Below are positions 10,247 through 19,891 of a stretch of 64,000 nt of DNA, one piece after another (the stretch's first letter is position 1; every line of letters starts with the position of its first letter). A program made the position numbers and the translations under genes. The stretch lies in contig JAZKFH010000003.1 of the NCBI GenBank assembly GCA_040386535.1, positions 32,001 to 96,000 of the forward strand, read 5' to 3'. This stretch comes from Myxococcota bacterium. Its GTDB lineage: Bacteria; Myxococcota_A; UBA796; SXON01. The notes under the pieces are model-generated. The model did no database searches, was not told the origin of the DNA, and saw nothing but the letters and a program-made list of their open reading frames with translations.

Positions 10247-12229
10247 TCAGGGGCACTCGACGTCGGTGTAGTCGTCCTCGTTGTTCGACTCGTCGCACTC
10301 GTCGATGGCGCCCACGCCGGTGCCATCGTCGTCGATCACGGCGAGGAAGCCGTCGCGGCCCACGTCCTCCGGGAGCACCTCGAACGTGACCCCTGCGAGC
10401 TTGCGGCCCGGCGCGATCGCCGGGAGGACCTTGGTGCCGATGAGGCGATCCGGGCGGTCGTTCGCGTACAGGGAGACGACGGCGCCCGGATCCACGCCCA
10501 TGCCACCCTGGTTGGAGACCTGGACCGACACCTGCACGGGGCCGAACTCGCAGTCCGCGAGGCACACGTCGGTGATCGTGGCGACCAGGTCGGGGGTGCC
10601 CGGCTCGTCGGAGGCGACGCGCGCACGGTACACGTTGAACTCGGTCCAGTACGGATCGGGCGAGGCGGGCACGCTGCCGTCGGGGAGCACGTTGGTCATG
10701 GCGAAGTCGTGCACCGCCCAGGTGCTGCCGGCGGCCGGCCAGCCGTCCCCGGCGTGCTCGATCACCTTGAGCACGCCCCAGGGCGCGCCGTAGTTGCTCA
10801 CGAAGAGGATCTCGGCGTGCTCGTCGTCATCGATGTCGGCCACCGTGGGGTACTCGAACACCGTGCCGGAGCGATGCTGGCGCTCGGTGTAGCGCTCCGC
10901 GCCCGTCGCGCCGTCGAAGATGGTGAGCGAGTCCTCGTCGGCGAACAACACCTCGAGCGCGCCGTCCCCGTCGACATCCCAGCCCGAGCATCCGGCCAAC
11001 CCGGACGTGTCGTTCATGGGTACGGACCAGACCGGCGTGCCGTCGATCTCGTACATCACGAGCGTCTGGTAGGCGGGCCACGCCACCTCGGTCTCGCCGT
11101 CGCCGTCGAAGTCGCCCGCGCAGGGGGGCCCGGGCTGGGCGCTGCTCCCGTAGCGGACGCTGTAGAGCTGCGTGCCGTCGTCATCCCAGAGCGACCAGTT
11201 CTCGCCGACGAAGCCGATCTCGGCCTCGGGATCGGAGTCGGCCTGCAGGACGATGGGCCAGAAGCCGTAGGTACCGCGCTCGCGCGTGGTCCAGAGCGTG
11301 GAGCCGTCGCTGTCGTAGGCGGTGCCGGCCAGGAAGATCTCCTGGTCGCCGTCGAGGTCCATGTCGGCGACCGCGGCGATGCGGTACGGGTTCGACACGC
11401 TCGCGTTCAGGCTGAAGGCGACGGACCCGTCCTCCCCGTTGAGGATGAGATCGTCCGCGATGACCTCGGGGTTGCCGTCCCCGTCGAGGTCGGCCACGCT
11501 CACGAGCGGGTAGCTGGTCGACGACGGCGCGCGCGGCGCCTGCCACTTGCGCGTGCCATCGCCTTCGAGCGCGACGGGCCGGCCGGAGGCGTCGTAGCCC
11601 ACCACGTCGGGGAAGCCGTCCGAGTCGATGTCGGCGATGAGCACGCCGCCCGACATGCTCGCGTTCGGGTAGGACCACTTCTCGATGCCGGTCGCGCCGT
11701 CGATCGCGACGATGTAGCCGCGCGCGCCGAACGCCACGATGACCACCTCGGGAGAGTCGTCCGCGTCGATGTCGCCGTCCCCGTCATCATCGTCGAGATT
11801 GCCGATCACCGGCTGCGCGTACGAGTTCACCGCGGTCGCGTCGGCCGCGGGCGCGCTGAACGTCCACTTGGTGCGCACGTTCCAGGGGTCGGTCACCGTG
11901 CCGCTTCCGCCGCCCGACGTGCCCGTACACTCCTCGACGATGGCGATGTCACCGGCCACGCCGGCGTCGAGCTCCGGGCACACGCTGTCGAGGCAGTCCG
12001 CGCGGCCGTTCCCGTCGGCATCGACGAAGCCCTCGTCGATCTGCCCGTCCCCGTCGTCGTCCACGCCGTTGCAGGCCTCGTCGACCTCGCCGTCGCCATC
12101 CTCGTCGATGGGCGGCTCGTCGGTGCCGCCGGTGTCGGTCCCCGCGCGGTCGTCCTTCACGGTGAACTCGTTGTCGACCGCGCAGGCGACCAGGAAGAAA
12201 AGGGGCACCAGCGGTACGAGACAACGCAT
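10247..12229 (-). CDS. FG-GAP/VCBS-repeat beta-propeller lipoprotein with C-terminal CARDB-like domain
   Basis: Lipobox LVAC; EACNGVDDDGDGQIDEG repeat; repeated AD(L/I)DGDG.PE motifs; C-terminal ECDESNN. Confidence 0.82.
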   Translation of the reverse strand: MRCLVPLVPLFFLVACAVDNEFTVKDDRAGTDTGGTDEPPIDEDGDGEVDEACNGVDDDGDGQIDEGFVDADGNGRADCLDSVCPELDAGVAGDIAIVEECTGTSGGGSGTVTDPWNVRTKWTFSAPAADATAVNSYAQPVIGNLDDDDGDGDIDADDSPEVVIVAFGARGYIVAIDGATGIEKWSYPNASMSGGVLIADIDSDGFPDVVGYDASGRPVALEGDGTRKWQAPRAPSSTSYPLVSVADLDGDGNPEVIADDLILNGEDGSVAFSLNASVSNPYRIAAVADMDLDGDQEIFLAGTAYDSDGSTLWTTRERGTYGFWPIVLQADSDPEAEIGFVGENWSLWDDDGTQLYSVRYGSSAQPGPPCAGDFDGDGETEVAWPAYQTLVMYEIDGTPVWSVPMNDTSGLAGCSGWDVDGDGALEVLFADEDSLTIFDGATGAERYTERQHRSGTVFEYPTVADIDDDEHAEILFVSNYGAPWGVLKVIEHAGDGWPAAGSTWAVHDFAMTNVLPDGSVPASPDPYWTEFNVYRARVASDEPGTPDLVATITDVCLADCEFGPVQVSVQVSNQGGMGVDPGAVVSLYANDRPDRLIGTKVLPAIAPGRKLAGVTFEVLPEDVGRDGFLAVIDDDGTGVGAIDECDESNNEDDYTDVECP

Positions 12230-12387
12230 GAAGACTCCGGTGCCCGTGGTCGGGCTTGGGGTCGGGAGAGTAGCACACGATCCCGTGACCGTCGGGACCG
12301 AAAGGGACGGGCGAACGGCGGAGATCCACCTTCTCCTCGCCTGGTCCGGTCGGCCGACGCCGGGGAGCATGATACGTTGGAGGCGAC

Positions 12388-14385
12388 ATGTTGACCAACG
12401 GAACCCTGCTCGAGGACCGCTACCTCGTGCTCGATCACATCGGTACCGGCACGTTCGCACGCAGGTATCGGGCGCGGCACGTGACCCTCCAGACCAGCCA
12501 CGTGCTCCAGGTGCTCGAGCCCCCGTATGCGGACGCGGCAGAGGTCCGGGCGCGTTTTGTCGCCGAGGGGCGCATCCAGGCCGGCCTCCGGCATCCCCAC
12601 CTCGTCGCCGTCACCGACGTGCTGACCACGCCCGTCGCCGCCGTCGTGACGGACGTTGTCGCGGGCCCGACGTTGCGGGCGCACCTCACCGCGCTCGCCC
12701 GCCCCCTCGACCACGCGGAGATGCTGGCCCTCGTGCTCCCCGTGCTCGACGCGGTGGCCGCGGCGCACGCGGCCGGCATCGTCCACCGCGCCCTCGCGCC
12801 CGAGCACGTGATCCTCGCCACCGACGCGCAGGGCCGCCCGTGCCCGATGGTGACGGACTTCGGCCTCGCCCGCGTGCTCGAAGGCACCACGCCGACCACC
12901 GCCCATCGCCACGCGGACCTCGCGCGGGAGGCGGGCCTGCTCCAGTACCGCAGCCCCGAGCAGGTGCGCGGAGACGACGACGTGGGCCCCGCCACCGACA
13001 TCTACGCGCTCGGAGTGATGGTCTACGAGCAGCTCACGGGACAGCTGCCGTACGAATCCGGCGGTGAATCTGCGGACGCCTTCGACACGCGGCGCGACAT
13101 CCTCTCCGGCACGTGGTGGCCGCCCGAGATGCTCGTGCCAGACCTTGCGCCCGAAGTCGGGGCGCTGCTGCGCCGCGCGCTCGCGCTCTCCCCCGAAGCC
13201 CGCTTCCGCGACTGCGCGTCGTTGCGTACCGCGCTGGTGGAGGCCGGCGGGGCGCCGGTCGTCGAAGCGCCGGTCGTCGAAGCCGCCGTCCCGGACGACG
13301 ACGTGACCGATCCGGGACGGCCCGCGCGCCCCGTCGTGTCCCCTGCCCCGGTGGTCCCCTCCCTACCGCCCGTGCCTCCGGTCGCGGCCCCCAAGGTGGA
13401 CCCCCCGGTGTCGGCGCGCCCGCCACCCGCCGCCCGTTCCCCCTTCCCCGTCGCGCTCCTCGCCGTGGGTGCGCTCGGGCTCGTGGCCGCCGCCGCCCTC
13501 GCGTACGTCCTCTGGCCGGCGCCCCCATCCGTGTCAGCCGACCCCGTGGCAGCCGGCTCAGCCGCGACCAGCCCCGTCGCGAGCACCGGCGAATCCGTCG
13601 CGGCCATCCCCTCCGCGCCCGCGGCGGACCTCGCGGTCCGGTACCCCATGGTGCTCCTCGCGCCCCGCCGCTTCACGATGGGCGCGGATCCGTCGGAGCC
13701 GGGCCGCTGGAAGGACGAGATCGCCCACCCCGTCCAGCTCACCCGCTCCGTGCTCGTCGGGGCGCACGAGGTCGACCAGGCGTTGTGGGCCGAGCTGATG
13801 GGCACGAACCCGAGCGCCCAGGCCGCGCCCACCCACCCGGTCGGGGGCGTGTCCTGGCGGGACGCCGTCGAGTTCTGCAACCGCCTCTCCCAACGCGAGG
13901 GGCTCGTGCCCGCCTACGTCGTGGGGGCAAGCGTCACGTGGGAGCCGGGCGCCGACGGCTTCCGCCTCCCGACCGAGGCCGAGTGGGAGGCCGCCGCGCG
14001 CGCGGGCGCCGCGGATCCGTTCGCCGGTGCCGGTGGCGCGGGCCCCAAGCGCCTCGCGGACGTGGCGTGGTACGACCAGAACGCGGGGGGCGCCACCCAC
14101 CCGGTCGGCGCACTCGCGGCCAACCATCTCGGCCTGTTCGACATGAGCGGCAACGTGAGCGAGTGGACCTGGGATTGGTACGGCGACTATCCGGTCGACG
14201 TGGCGGTCGATCCGGCGGGGCCGGACCGCGGCGAGTCCCGCGTGCACCGGGGCGGCAGCTGGGATGCAGCCGAGCGCACCCAACGCGTCGCGTATCGGCG
14301 GGCCGCGCTCCCCGAGACGCGCAGCCCGAGCATCGGCCTGCGCGTGGTCCGCACGGTCAGCCGGGAAGCACCAGCTGATCGTTGA
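12388..14385 (+). CDS. Ser/Thr pseudokinase - Pro-rich linker - TM - FGE-sulfatase (SUMF1) domain protein
   Basis: Kinase fold (IGTGTFA, DFGLAR, YRSPEQ, DIYALG) with HRALAPEH catalytic loop; FRLPTEAEWE, GLFDMSGNVSEW, RGGSW. Confidence 0.85.
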   Translation: MLTNGTLLEDRYLVLDHIGTGTFARRYRARHVTLQTSHVLQVLEPPYADAAEVRARFVAEGRIQAGLRHPHLVAVTDVLTTPVAAVVTDVVAGPTLRAHLTALARPLDHAEMLALVLPVLDAVAAAHAAGIVHRALAPEHVILATDAQGRPCPMVTDFGLARVLEGTTPTTAHRHADLAREAGLLQYRSPEQVRGDDDVGPATDIYALGVMVYEQLTGQLPYESGGESADAFDTRRDILSGTWWPPEMLVPDLAPEVGALLRRALALSPEARFRDCASLRTALVEAGGAPVVEAPVVEAAVPDDDVTDPGRPARPVVSPAPVVPSLPPVPPVAAPKVDPPVSARPPPAARSPFPVALLAVGALGLVAAAALAYVLWPAPPSVSADPVAAGSAATSPVASTGESVAAIPSAPAADLAVRYPMVLLAPRRFTMGADPSEPGRWKDEIAHPVQLTRSVLVGAHEVDQALWAELMGTNPSAQAAPTHPVGGVSWRDAVEFCNRLSQREGLVPAYVVGASVTWEPGADGFRLPTEAEWEAAARAGAADPFAGAGGAGPKRLADVAWYDQNAGGATHPVGALAANHLGLFDMSGNVSEWTWDWYGDYPVDVAVDPAGPDRGESRVHRGGSWDAAERTQRVAYRRAALPETRSPSIGLRVVRTVSREAPADR

Positions 14386-15505
14386 CCTCGATCAGGTTCG
14401 GGTTGGGAAAGCGTGACTTGTTGAGCGTCCAGATCTCCTTCCACCGGTCGGCGCCTCCCAACTCCCGCACGGCGATCGCGCTCAACGTGTCACCCTTGCG
14501 GACGACGTAGAGGCGGCCTTGATCGGTGGGCGCCTCGCGCTTGTCCCCGCCGGAGAGCCAGGCGCGCACGGCCCCCGCGTAGTCGTCGGACGCGCGGAAG
14601 CGGGACAGGCCCACGTTGACCGCCGCGAGGAGCTCCGGCTCCCCCGCGCGCACGCCCGCCGCGTAAGTCGACTCCGTCAGGTTGTATTGGGTGATGCGGA
14701 GCGCCCCCTTGTTCTTCCGGCTCTCCGCGGACCACTCGGCCAGCTCCGCGACCGCATACGGGTAGTCGTAGATGAACGCCGCGAACGTCCCGTCGCGCAG
14801 CGCGTCCCAATACCCGTCCTCCATCCGCGTGAGGCCCGTGTACCCCTTCACCATCCCTGCCACGGCCTCGGCCGCGGCGTCATCGTCGAAGATGCCGATG
14901 TCCTTTCCCCAGAGGTCCGCCACGGTCCGCACCGAAGACTTCGCGGGTACCACGAGGCAAAGGCCGAAGTCGAGGTACCCCTCCGACCACGCGATGCCCG
15001 GTTGGGGCGCCGGGGTGTACCCGGACACGATGATGTCGAACTGTTGCTTGTCGACCAGGAGCTCCGGCAGCTCCGAATACTTGCCATGGACCACGCGGAC
15101 GTTGGGGACGCCCACCGCTGTCGCCACCCACCGGGCCACCTGGTAGTCGAACCCATCGGGCTTGCCGGCGGCGTCGGGCACGAACATGGGCGGCGTGCCG
15201 ACGCCCGCGGGCTCCCCCGTGTCCATCCCGACCAGGAGCTCGCCGCGGCGCCGGATCCGCTCGATCGCGGGGCCGGACAGCGCCTCGGCCGCGGTGGCGC
15301 CGGGGAGGCTCGGGGCCGGGGCGGAAGCCTCTACCGGGGGCGAAGGGGTGGCTTCGACGGCGGGTTCGCCTGCCGCGCCCGTAGGGCCGGGGGGAGACAC
15401 CCCGAGCTCCGCGCAGGCGACCAGGGCAAGGAGCGGCGCGAGGAGCGGCGCGAAGCGCGTCGGGAACGAGGCGGCGCTGTGAACCGAGGAGCCTGGGATG
15501 TACAT
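14357..15505 (-). CDS. Family-3 solute-binding domain + C-terminal LysM lipoprotein
   Basis: Lipobox LVAC; IRRRGELLVG, GFDYQVA; LysM YVVRKGDTLSAIA...NPNLIEVNDQL; start codon uncertain. Confidence 0.8.
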   Translation of the reverse strand: MYIPGSSVHSAASFPTRFAPLLAPLLALVACAELGVSPPGPTGAAGEPAVEATPSPPVEASAPAPSLPGATAAEALSGPAIERIRRRGELLVGMDTGEPAGVGTPPMFVPDAAGKPDGFDYQVARWVATAVGVPNVRVVHGKYSELPELLVDKQQFDIIVSGYTPAPQPGIAWSEGYLDFGLCLVVPAKSSVRTVADLWGKDIGIFDDDAAAEAVAGMVKGYTGLTRMEDGYWDALRDGTFAAFIYDYPYAVAELAEWSAESRKNKGALRITQYNLTESTYAAGVRAGEPELLAAVNVGLSRFRASDDYAGAVRAWLSGGDKREAPTDQGRLYVVRKGDTLSAIAVRELGGADRWKEIWTLNKSRFPNPNLIEVNDQLVLPG

Positions 15506-15712
15506 GGATGGTTCCGGGGTGCTCGCGGCGAGTATCGCACGAACCCTTGCGCGACGGCGGTGCATGCCGACCGCGAACGCGAGGGGCGCACGAAGGCGCC
15601 ACCACAAACGGGTCCGTATCACGATGCGTCGCGACGGATACCCGTCATTCGTACAGGTTTTTCGGATTCCTGACTCCCCGATCCCGGCAGATGCGGGTTA
15701 TCGGCCTGGGCC

Positions 15713-15949
15713 ATGATTCGAACCAGCTTCAACCTGCCTGTTTCTCACGTTACCGGGCAGATCCGGAACGTCGTCCTCCACCTCGCCGAGAGCGCCTTCG
15801 TGGGCGCGGGCGCGGGCCTCCAACGCGGGGCGGCGCTCGGGGTCGCCACCGGGATGGCCCTCGTCACGGCGTTGGCGCCCCGAGGCGTGTCGAACAACTC
15901 CTGCCCCGACCTGTCGTGCGCGGTGACCGGGCGAAAACTCCGCGGCTGA
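15713..15949 (+). CDS. Small hypothetical protein (78 aa)
   Basis: ATG ORF in an intergenic gap with a Gly/Ala hydrophobic segment and C-terminal CxxxxC; no family recognised. Confidence 0.4.
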   Translation: MIRTSFNLPVSHVTGQIRNVVLHLAESAFVGAGAGLQRGAALGVATGMALVTALAPRGVSNNSCPDLSCAVTGRKLRG

Positions 15950-16127
15950 GCGCGCGTCGAGCGGGCATCCAGCGGACGGCCCACTGACAACGCGCGACCC
16001 CGCGATCACCCGCACCCCGAGCGCATCGTCCGGTGCCACGTGGCGGTGTGCGAGGCAACGGCTGGGCATCTCGTTACTTCCGCGCCGCCCCCGGGTCTCT
16101 ACCTCCAGGGAACGACGTTGGAGAGAG

Positions 16128-17318
16128 ATGCCGCTCACCCTGATGATGGTCCTCGCCTGCCAGGAGATGCCAGGCTTGAACCCCCTGACGAACCCGAATC
16201 CTCGTCGAGGGGACGGGGAGGCAGAGCCGCCGATTCGCACGCCCGACGACCCCACGGAGGAGGCGGAGGACGCACCGGGCGCGGGTTTTCCCTTCGCCGA
16301 TCACCGCGTCTTCGTGCTCGATCTGGAGCTTCCTCCCACGTCGGTCGAGACGTTGGATCGCGGGAGCGACTACGTGCCGGGCACCCTCCGGTTCGCCGGC
16401 TTCGAGGCCCCGGTCGGCGTGCGCACCAAGGGTTCGAGCACCTACGACGATCTGGACGGCAAGCCCTCCCTGAAGCTGCACTTCGGCGCGCTCACGCCGG
16501 GCGCGACGTTCCTCGGCGTGGAGCGCCTGACGCTCAACAACATGAAGTACGACGACACGATGATGCGCGAGGCCGCCGCGTACCGCCTCTTCGCGCAGAT
16601 GGGCGTGCCCGCGCCGCTCTCCAGCCACGCGCGGCTGAGCATCAACGGCACCGACTACGGGGTCTACAGCCTGGTGGAGACGCTCGACGAGAACTTCCTC
16701 GGGCGGGCGTTCGACGCGGATCCGGACGGCAACCTCTACGACACGGTGTTCGTCTACTCCGACCTCACCTCCGGCGGGCTCGTCAACTTCGAGCTGCAGG
16801 AGGGTGACCCCGCCACCGCCGGCGCCGACCTTGCGGCGCTCGTGTCCGAGCTCGACGGCGGCAACATCCTCGACGTGCTCGAGACCCGCTTCGATCTCGA
16901 GGCGACGCTCTCCTACCTCGCGATCGATCTGTTGAGCGCGAATTGGGACGGCTATTCGCGCAACACCAACAACTACCTCATGTACCACGCGACCCTGACC
17001 GACCGGTGGTACTTCGTGCCTTGGGGCCAGGACACGGCGTTCCGTGGAGATGGCCCGTTGTACGCGGGTATCCGCTCCCGTGTCACCGGCGCCTGCCGCG
17101 CGGACGAAGCGTGCGCTGCGTTGCTCGAACAAAGGGTGCGTGACGTGATGGTGGTGTGGGAGGAGCAGGACCTCTACGGTTGGACCGAAGCGTTGGCCGC
17201 GGTGGTCGTCCCCGAGTGCACGACCGACCCGAAGAAGGGCGGCGACTGCGACGCGGAGGACATCCTGGACCACCTCGGCACCCGGGTGGACTCCGTGCGC
17301 AGGGACATCGGACCGTGA
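16128..17318 (+). CDS. CotH kinase family lipoprotein (second paralog)
   Basis: Lipobox VLAC; GVRTKGSST, KPSLKL, LTLNN, NWDGY..NTNNY, PWGQD. Confidence 0.87.
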   Translation: MPLTLMMVLACQEMPGLNPLTNPNPRRGDGEAEPPIRTPDDPTEEAEDAPGAGFPFADHRVFVLDLELPPTSVETLDRGSDYVPGTLRFAGFEAPVGVRTKGSSTYDDLDGKPSLKLHFGALTPGATFLGVERLTLNNMKYDDTMMREAAAYRLFAQMGVPAPLSSHARLSINGTDYGVYSLVETLDENFLGRAFDADPDGNLYDTVFVYSDLTSGGLVNFELQEGDPATAGADLAALVSELDGGNILDVLETRFDLEATLSYLAIDLLSANWDGYSRNTNNYLMYHATLTDRWYFVPWGQDTAFRGDGPLYAGIRSRVTGACRADEACAALLEQRVRDVMVVWEEQDLYGWTEALAAVVVPECTTDPKKGGDCDAEDILDHLGTRVDSVRRDIGP

Positions 17319-17386
17319 AGGATCGGGCGCCCGGAGTTGGTCCGTCGGGTGTGTGTGTAGATTGCGTCGAACCCAAGGGAGCGGGG

Positions 17387-18562
17387 ATGGTCAAGCTGGG
17401 GGACAGTGACACGGTAGGCCAGCTGGCAGCGACCACCGCCCGCTTCGCGGCGCGGCGCCAGGCGGGCGCCGTGGGGTGGGACGCCGACCTCGGCACCTGG
17501 GCCGCGTTCCGCTACGCCGAGGTGCGCCAGGTGTTGACGGAGTGGGAAACCTTCTCGTCCGTGCGCGCCGTCTCTCCCACCGCGTTCCGCCCGAGCCTCA
17601 TCACGACCGACCCGCCGCGGCACCCGCAACTACGCGGGTTGCTCGCCCGGGACTTCACGCCGCGCGCCATCGCCCTGTTGGAGCCGCGCATCCGCGAGGT
17701 CGCCTCCACGCTGCTCGCGCCGGCGCTGGCGGGAGGCGGCTTCGATCTGGTCGCCGACTTCGCCCACCCGCTCCCTGTCATCGTGATCGCGGAGATGCTC
17801 GGAGTCCCGGCGTCCGATCGGCCCCTGTACCGCCGCTGGGCCGAGGCGATCGTGGGCGGCCCCGGCGCCCGCCTCCTCATCGGGGCCGAGCCGACGCCGG
17901 CAGCGCTCGCGGCCCGCGGCGAGATGGACGCCTACTTCGTCGACGCGTGCCGGACGCCGGGCCGGGCGAGCACGGACGGGCTGCTCGCCGCGCTCCTGAA
18001 CGCCCGGATCGACGGAGATGGCCTCGAGGAGTGGGAGATCCTGAGCTTCTGCTCGCTCCTGCTGCTCGCCGGGCACATCACCACGGTCAACCTCATCGGC
18101 AACACGGTCTACTGCTTGTCGGAGCACCCCGAGGCGCTGGCGAGGCTCCAGCAGGACCCCGCGCTCCTCTCCACCGCGGTCGAGGAGGTCCTCCGGTACA
18201 TGTCCCCCGTGCAGGGGATCAGCCGCGTGGCGACACGCCCGGTCGAGCTCGGGGGTGTGTCGCTTCGCGAGGGCGATCGGGTGGTCGCCTGGATCGCGTC
18301 CGCCAACCGGGACGAGCGCGTGTTCGCGGAGGCCGACCGCTTCGACGTCGGGCGTCGTCCCAACCCCCATCTCGCGTTCGGGATGGGGAGCCACTTCTGC
18401 CTCGGGGCGCCGCTCGCCCGCCTGGAGGGGCGCATCGCGCTGCAGGTGCTGCTCGAGCACCTGCCGAAGCTGCGTCCGATCGATCGGGACCCGCCGCGGC
18501 TCGAACCCGCGGGGATCTTTCGCGGGTTCACCCGCCTGCCGGTCCAGCTCCCGCCGCACTGA
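17387..18562 (+). CDS. Cytochrome P450
   Basis: DPPRH, AGHITT, EEVLR, heme motif HLAFGMGSHFCLG; alternative GTG start at 17315. Confidence 0.93.
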   Translation: MVKLGDSDTVGQLAATTARFAARRQAGAVGWDADLGTWAAFRYAEVRQVLTEWETFSSVRAVSPTAFRPSLITTDPPRHPQLRGLLARDFTPRAIALLEPRIREVASTLLAPALAGGGFDLVADFAHPLPVIVIAEMLGVPASDRPLYRRWAEAIVGGPGARLLIGAEPTPAALAARGEMDAYFVDACRTPGRASTDGLLAALLNARIDGDGLEEWEILSFCSLLLLAGHITTVNLIGNTVYCLSEHPEALARLQQDPALLSTAVEEVLRYMSPVQGISRVATRPVELGGVSLREGDRVVAWIASANRDERVFAEADRFDVGRRPNPHLAFGMGSHFCLGAPLARLEGRIALQVLLEHLPKLRPIDRDPPRLEPAGIFRGFTRLPVQLPPH

Positions 18563-18605
18563 CCACCGGGCCGGGGGCGGCGCCACGCGTGGTACGCTGC
18601 CGGGC

Positions 18606-19889
18606 ATGAGCGCGCCCCTCGTAGAAGCGACGTACGTGGATCTCCGCATCACGTTGCGCACCGGCAGCACGCCGGACTCGTTCCACGCCACCGCCAGCGT
18701 GGGGGACGAGAGCGTCGACGGCACGCTCACCGTCTCGATGACCGCCGACCAGGTGCGGCAGGCGATCGACCAGGCGCGCGCGTCCACCAACCCCACGCTC
18801 TCGCGGCAGCGCGCGCCCGGCTCGACCGATCCGCTGCGCGCGCTCGGGACCCAGCTGTTCGAGCGGCTCTTCGAGGGGCCGCTCGGCCGCGTCTACCTCT
18901 CCGCGCTCAAGCAGGCCGAGGCGCCAGAGTCCCTCGGGCTGCGCCTCCGCCTCGTCGTGGACGATCCGAACGCCGCCGCGTTGCCCTGGGAGTTCCTCTA
19001 CGATCCGCGCGGGGACGCCTACCTCGCGCTGTCGCTCCGCACGACCGTCGTCCGCCAACGGAGCGCCCCCTCCGCGAACGGAGGCGCGCAGCCATCACGT
19101 GTCCCGGGCCCGCTGCTCCGCGTGCTGTACGTCATGGTGGATGCCGGGGGGTACCTGGGCGGCCGGGAGGGGATCGCCCTGGTCGAGCAGATCGCCGAGA
19201 ACCACGCGTCCATGCGCGTGGTGGTGCTCTCCGAACCGACCCTGCCGCAGCTCGCGGAGGCCCTGGCGGGCGGCTGTGACCTGCTCCACTACGTCGGCTC
19301 CGTCGAGGACCTCAACATCCGGCTCGGCGGCCGCGAGTGGGTTCCGGCCGAGGCGTTCCTCTCGCTCCTACCGCCGTCCGTCCGGCTGGTCTTCCTCGAC
19401 ACCGACGGCGCCGACCGGTTCGCGAGCGCGTTGGCTCCCCACGTGGAGTCGGCCGTGGGCATCCGCGGCCTCATCTCCGTCGAAGCGTCGGTGGTGTTCG
19501 CCGAGGGCGTGTACAAGTGCCTGCTGGCGGGCGGGTCGATGGAGGCCGCCGTCGCCACCGCGCGGCGCAAGCTCGGCGCCGCCCAACCCGCCGGCCGCGA
19601 GTGGGGCCTGCCCGTGCTCTACACACAAGACCCGGGCGCGCGGCTCGCCCTCGCCCCCGTGCGCTTCGAGACGAGCCCGTTCGAGAGCTTGTGGAGCCCG
19701 CCCGACGCGGGCCCGATGAGCCCCGTGGGGTACCTCCTGGCGCTGTACACGACCAACATCCGCGCGCTGGAGGCGCAGCTCGCCGAGCTCGGCGACGCCC
19801 CGCCCGATTTTCTCGTGGAGCAGCTCCAGGACGAGCGGAACGCCGCCGCCGGGCTGGAGCCCCAGATGTCCGCCCCCGAGGTGAGCTGA
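18606..19889 (+). CDS. CHAT-domain protein lacking the catalytic dyad (pseudo-protease)
   Basis: LGTQLFERLF, LRLRL, ALPWEFL, REWGLPVLY; HYVGS and VFLDTD in place of H.GH and LNAC. Confidence 0.8.
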   Translation: MSAPLVEATYVDLRITLRTGSTPDSFHATASVGDESVDGTLTVSMTADQVRQAIDQARASTNPTLSRQRAPGSTDPLRALGTQLFERLFEGPLGRVYLSALKQAEAPESLGLRLRLVVDDPNAAALPWEFLYDPRGDAYLALSLRTTVVRQRSAPSANGGAQPSRVPGPLLRVLYVMVDAGGYLGGREGIALVEQIAENHASMRVVVLSEPTLPQLAEALAGGCDLLHYVGSVEDLNIRLGGREWVPAEAFLSLLPPSVRLVFLDTDGADRFASALAPHVESAVGIRGLISVEASVVFAEGVYKCLLAGGSMEAAVATARRKLGAAQPAGREWGLPVLYTQDPGARLALAPVRFETSPFESLWSPPDAGPMSPVGYLLALYTTNIRALEAQLAELGDAPPDFLVEQLQDERNAAAGLEPQMSAPEVS

Positions 19890-19891
19890 GC

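Noticed and set aside
13640..14385. Diversity-generating retroelement target (FGE/C-type lectin fold)
   Set aside because: No reverse transcriptase and no template-repeat copy of the 3' region were seen in the window.
17387..18562. P450 as part of the CHAT/caspase system or of a biosynthetic cluster
   Set aside because: Only adjacency supports it; no precursor peptide, synthase or functional link is visible.
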